Shown here: in pieces, positions 57,341 to 64,000 of the stretch | Layout of the letters: every line of letters begins with the position of its first letter | Numbering within the stretch: position 1 is the stretch's first letter | Origin: Eledone cirrhosa | Taxonomy: Eukaryota | Direction of reading: 5' to 3' | NCBI GenBank assembly: GCA_964016885.1 | Contig: CAXHJY010000152.1 | Span: 1 to 64,000 of the forward strand | DNA: 64,000 bases | Notes under the pieces: model-generated | Databases searched by the model: none | Told to the model about the DNA's origin: nothing | Seen by the model: the letters and a program-made list of their open reading frames with translations, nothing else | Translations under genes and position numbers: made by a program

Positions 57341-58320
57341 TTTTTCATTATACAAATTATATTTATGTCCTATATTTCATTCCATATGTTTTTATTAAGA
57401 AATTTTAAAATTTATTACACCATTTCATTCGAGTTATAAACTAAAAACAGTCATCACAAAAAAATTCATAGAATATTGTCCAAAATAGAGATTTTTTTTT
57501 TCAGAAACGCACCATAAAATGGTGGATAGCGTTTTACAGTTATTTCCCTTGTCATTTCTATTGCCGTAACAATTAGGAATCTCTACACTGATTTCGTGCA
57601 ACAAAAACTGGGGGGAACTTAATACATAATAATTCTTAGAATATTATATATATTTGGTCTGTATTCTTTTATTTTAATAACTGTCAATGTGGATTGGACC
57701 TCCGTTGTTTTCGAGGAAGTGTGTTCCAGTTGTTCAATGAAAAGAACAGTCTGCTCAGAAAATTAGCGTGTTAGTGACTGAGTATTCCATAGACAAGTGT
57801 TTCTTTTAAGTAATTCTCAAGGATATTCAGAGTAACACGACGTGTGACAAGACCAGCGTTTTGAATTACATATACAGTCCATCTAAGGGACTTCCAAATA
57901 GTTTCCGCCTACTCACAAGACGTGGATCAACCCGAAGCTATTGTAAATAATACTTGCTTAAGATGCCGCGCAGTTGGATCGAACCCAGAACCTAATTATT
58001 GCAAAGCGAAATTTTTAACCATTCAGCCATGCTGTGTCCACATTCAATGTATGAAATGGTTGATGTTTTAAAGGGATTCCACCAATACATTACTATGTAT
58101 TAACGATTCATCTTCAACCAAATATAAGGTCTTCTATTATTGACTAAAGCAAAGAAGAGTAACCCCCCCTTCCTTATGGACACTTATGACAACGTTGTTT
58201 CGACTTAGGTCCTTATACTTTTTGACACTAATCTGCCTGAAACCCCCCATGGTTTTATTATAGAAAACTGCTCATTTTAAAGAGTTTATACTTCTCTAAA
58301 ACCCACCCATCATTATTTTG

Positions 58321-58507
58321 TGGATTGGCAGTATCGGTAGAAGGTCGGGCGCCATGCTTTGAAGCATAGAGTTACCTCCCTTTATGATCTGAGTTCAAAT
58401 CCCGCCGAGGTTAACTTTGCCTTTCATCCTTACGGGGTCGATAAAATAAAGTACCAGTAATGCACTGGGATAATTGCTGGCCTGGTGCCAAAAGTAGAAA
58501 CAATTAT
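58321..58507 (+). mobile_element. Full-length Nin-core tRNA SINE inserted in a MITE
   Basis: A box, B box, core and tail. Confidence 0.88.
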
Positions 58508-58872
58508 TTTATGTAAGAACTTTTGTTATGTTACGTTCCAAACACATGCTTAATAACGAGAAAGTTATATTATTAAATTCCTCCAAATTCTTAATTATTT
58601 TCAAAATGATCCAAAAATCATAGGCGGTGTTTTTCAGTAGAAATATAGCAATAAAAAAGGTTAATGTAACCAATGCAGCTACACCTGCGATTCTCAGAAA
58701 CCCATACTGAGAACCACTTGCAATCCCAGGTTTCTTTAATTCCACCTCATTTTCAATTATCATCTAATCATTTTTCATCAGAGGACCTGATTAACATAGA
58801 TAATTCTATCATCTCAAAAAGGATTAAGCCTGAAGAAAAAGTTTTTGTGAACTGTTAATTTGTAACCAACCG

Positions 58873-61800
58873 TATAGTTGGATATATTAGTATTTCATTT
58901 GATATATACACAATGTACACTATAGTTGGGTATATTAGTATTTCATTTGATATATACACAATGTACACTATAGTTTGGTATATTAGTATTTCATTTGATA
59001 TACACACAATGTACACTATAGTTGGATATATTAGTATTTCATTTGATATACACACAATGTACACTATAGTTGGGTATATTAGTATTTCATTTGATATACA
59101 CACAATGTACACTATAGTTGGGTATATTAGTATTTCATTTGATATACACACAATGTACACTATAGTTGGGTATATTAGTATTTCATTTGATATACACACA
59201 ATGTACACTATAGTTGGGTATATTAGTATTTCATTTGATATATACACAATGTACACTATAGTTGGGTATATTAGTATTTCATTTGATATATACACAATGT
59301 ACACTATAGTTGGATATATTAGTATTTCATTTGATATACACACAATATACACTATAGTTGGGTATATTAGTATTTCATTTGATATACACACAATGTGTAT
59401 TATAGTTGGGTATATTAGTATTTCATTTGATATACACACAATGTACACTATAGTTGGGTATATTAGTATTTCATTTGATATACACACAATGTACACTATA
59501 GTTGGGTATATTAGTATTTCATTTGATATACACACAATGTACACTATAGTTGGGTATATTAGTATTTCATTTGATATATACACAATGTACACTATAGTTG
59601 GGTATATTAGTATTTCATTTGATATATACACAATGTACACTATAGTTGGATATATTAGTATTTCATTTGATATACACACAATATACACTATAGTTGGGTA
59701 TATTAGTATTTCATTTGATATACACACAATGTGTATTATAGTTGGGTATATTAGTATTTCATTTGATATACACACAATGTACACTATAGTTGGGTATATT
59801 AGTATTTCATTTGATATACACACAATGTACACTATAGTTGGGTATATTAGTATTTCATTTGATATACACACAATGTACACTATAGTTGGGTATATTAGTA
59901 TTTCATTTGATATACACACAATGTACACTATAGTTGGGTATATTAGTATTTCATTTGATATATACACAATGTACACTATAGTTGGATATATTAGTATTTC
60001 ATTTGATATACACACAATATACACTATAGTTGGGTATATTAGTATTTCATTTGATATACACACAATGTGTATTATAGTTGGGTATATTAGTATTTCATTT
60101 GATATACACACAATGTACACTATAGTTGGGTATATTAGTATTTCATTTGATATATACACAATGTACACTATAGTTTGGTATATTAGTATTTCATTTGATA
60201 TACACACAATGTACACTATAGTTTGGTATATTAGTATTTCATTTGATATACACACAATGTACACTATAGTTGGGTATATTAGTATTTCATTTGATATACA
60301 CACAATGTACACTATAGTTGGGTATATTAGTATTTCATTTGATATATACACAATGTACACTATAGTTGGATATATTAGTATTTCATTTGATATATACACA
60401 ATGTACACTATAGTTTGGTATATTAGTATTTCATTTGATATACACACAATGTACACTATAGTTGGGTATATTAGTATTTCATTTGATATACACACAATGT
60501 ACACTATAGTTGGGTATATTAGTATTTCATTTGATATATACACAATGTACACTATAGTTGGATATATTAGTATTTCATTTGATATACACACAATATACAC
60601 TATAGTTGGGTATATTAGTATTTCATTTGATATACACACAATGTGTATTATAGTTGGGTATATTAGTATTTCATTTGATATACACACAATGTACACTATA
60701 GTTGGGTATATTAGTATTTCATTTGATATATACACAATGTACACTATAGTTGGGTATATTAGTATTTCATTTGATATATACACAATGTACACTATAGTTT
60801 GGTATATTAGTATTTCATTTGATATACACACAATGTACACTATAGTTGGATATATTAGTATTTCATTTGATATATACACAATGTACACTATAGTTGGGTA
60901 TATTAGTATTTCATTTGATATATACACAATGTACACTATAGTTTGGTATATTAGTATTTCATTTGATATACACACAATGTACACTATAGTTGGATATATT
61001 AGTATTTCATTTGATATACACACAATGTACACTATAGTTGGGTATATTAGTATTTCATTTGATATACACACAATGTACACTATAGTTGGGTATATTAGTA
61101 TTTCATTTGATATACACACAATGTACACTATAGTTGGGTATATTAGTATTTCATTTGATATATACACAATGTACACTATAGTTGGGTATATTAGTATTTC
61201 ATTTGATATATACACAATGTACACTATAGTTTGGTATATTAGTATTTCATTTGATATACACACAATGTACACTATAGTTGGATATATTAGTATTTCATTT
61301 GATATATACACAATGTACACTATAGTTGGGTATATTAGTATTTCATTTGATATATACACAATGTACACTATAGTTTGGTATATTAGTATTTCATTTGATA
61401 TACACACAATGTACACTATAGTTGGATATATTAGTATTTCATTTGATATACACACAATGTACACTATAGTTGGGTATATTAGTATTTCATTTGATATACA
61501 CACAATGTACACTATAGTTGGGTATATTAGTATTTCATTTGATATACACACAATGTACACTATAGTTGGGTATATTAGTATTTCATTTGATATACACACA
61601 ATGTACACTATAGTTGGGTATATTAGTATTTCATTTGATATATACACAATGTACACTATAGTTGGGTATATTAGTATTTCATTTGATATATACACAATGT
61701 ACACTATAGTTGGATATATTAGTATTTCATTTGATATACACACAATATACACTATAGTTGGGTATATTAGTATTTCATTTGATATACACACAATGTGTAT

Positions 61801-64000
61801 TATAGTTGGGTATATTAGTATTTCATTTGATATACACACAATGTACACTATAGTTGGGTATATTAGTATTTCATTTGATATACACACAATGTACACTATA
61901 GTTGGGTATATTAGTATTTCATTTGATATACACACAATGTACACTATAGTTGGGTATATTAGTATTTCATTTGATATATACACAATGTACACTATAGTTG
62001 GGTATATTAGTATTTCATTTGATATATACACAATGTACACTATAGTTGGATATATTAGTATTTCATTTGATATACACACAATATACACTATAGTTGGGTA
62101 TATTAGTATTTCATTTGATATACACACAATGTGTATTATAGTTGGGTATATTAGTATTTCATTTGATATACACACAATGTACACTATAGTTGGGTATATT
62201 AGTATTTCATTTGATATACACACAATGTACACTATAGTTGGGTATATTAGTATTTCATTTGATATACACACAATGTACACTATAGTTGGGTATATTAGTA
62301 TTTCATTTGATATACACACAATGTACACTATAGTTGGGTATATTAGTATTTCATTTGATATATACACAATGTACACTATAGTTGGATATATTAGTATTTC
62401 ATTTGATATACACACAATATACACTATAGTTGGGTATATTAGTATTTCATTTGATATACACACAATGTGTATTATAGTTGGATATATTAGTATTTCATTT
62501 GATATACACACAATGTGTATTATAGTTGGGTATATTAGTATTTCATTTGATATACACACAATGTGTATTATAGTTGGATATATTAGTATTTCATTTGATA
62601 TATACACAATGTGTATTATAGTTGGGTATATTAGTATTTCATTTGATATACACACAATGTACACTATAGTTGGGTATATTGGTATTTCATTTGATATACA
62701 CACAATGTGTATTATAGTTGGGTATATTAGTATTTCATTTGATATACACACAATGTGTATTATAGTTGGATATATTAGTATTTCATTTGATATACACACA
62801 ATGTGTATTATAGTTGGGTATATTAGTATTTCATTTGATATACACACAATGTACACTATAGTTGGGTATATTAGTATTTCATTTGATATACACACAATGT
62901 GTATTATAGTTGGATATATTAGTATTTCATTTGATATATACACAATGTGTATTATAGTTGGATATATTAGTATTTCATTTGATATACACACAATGTGTAT
63001 TATAGTTGGGTATATTAGTATTTCATTTGATATACACACAATGTGTATTATAGTTGGATATATTAGTATTTCATTTGATATACACACAATGTGTATTATA
63101 GTTGGGTATATTAGTATTTCATTTGATATACACACAATGTGTATTATAGTTGGGTATATTAGTATTTCATTTGATATACACACAATGTGTATTATAGTTG
63201 GATATATTAGTATTTCATTTGATATACACACAATGTACACTATAGTTGGGTATATTAGTATTTCATTTGATATACACACAATGTGTATTATAGTTGGATA
63301 TATTAGTATTTCATTTGATATATACACAATGTGTATTATAGTTGGATATATTAGTATTTCATTTGATATACACACAATGTACACTATAGTTGGATATATT
63401 AGTATTTCATTTGATATACACACAATGTACACTATAGTTGGGTATATTAGTATTTCATTTGATATACACACAATGTGTATTATAGTTGGATATATTAGTA
63501 TTTCATTTGATATATACACAATGTGTATTATAGTTGGATATATTAGTATTTCATTTGATATACACACAATGTGTATTATAGTTGGGTATATTAGTATTTC
63601 ATTTGATATACACACAATGTGTATTATAGTTGGGTATATTAGTATTTCATTTGATATACACACAATGTGTATTATAGTTGGATATATTAGTATTTCATTT
63701 GATATACACACAATGTGTATTATAGTTGGATATATTAGTATTTCATTTGATATACACACAATGTGTATTATAGTTGGGTATATTAGTATTTCATTTGATA
63801 TACACACAATGTGTATTATAGTTGGGTATATTAGTATTTCATTTGATATACACACAATGTGTATTATAGTTGGATATATTAGTATTTCATTTGATATACA
63901 CACAATGTGTATTATAGTTGGGTATATTAGTATTTCATTTGATATACACACAATGTGTATTATAGTTGGGTATATTAGTATTTCATTTGATATACACACA
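58873..64000. repeat. 48-bp satellite (~107 units), runs off the window end
   Basis: Unit tatagttgggtatattagtatttcatttgatatacacacaatgtacac; no indels seen. Confidence 0.97.

Noticed and set aside
58665-58858. Short ORFs on both strands before the satellite
   Set aside because: No recognisable homology and weak splice signals.
58855-63999. 1714-aa ORF
   Set aside because: Pure 16-aa repeat from the satellite with no unique domain or splice evidence.

Overview
Repeat-dense animal genomic DNA; the SINE types, RTE LINEs and very long (TA)n tracts suggest an octopus or other cephalopod (inference). One host gene can be assembled fully by eye: PTPA/PPP2R4 (PP2A activator), minus strand, 10 GT-AG coding exons from 52072 to 19950 with consistent phases, 972 nt = 323 aa. 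The rest is mostly mobile and tandem DNA. There is one near-intact RTE LINE (APE + RT with a C4HC3 PHD-type finger inserted inside the RT) and several truncated or decayed RTE copies. Fragments of CRE, R4/Dong, CR1, Penelope, maT/mariner and Helitron elements are also present, with two tRNA-derived SINE families, MITEs, a 5-kb interrupted (TA)n array and a 48-bp satellite. The most notable unexplained pattern is in the first 14 kb: at least eight hammerhead-ribozyme (HHR) motifs. Four of the HHR-bearing elements are short, mutually unrelated and mostly (TA)n-flanked, with inverted ends and both 3' ends pointing outward (two are near-perfect palindromes with ~185-bp arms). This resembles non-autonomous Penelope-type pLTR insertions. 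All family calls are motif recognition by eye; no searches were run.
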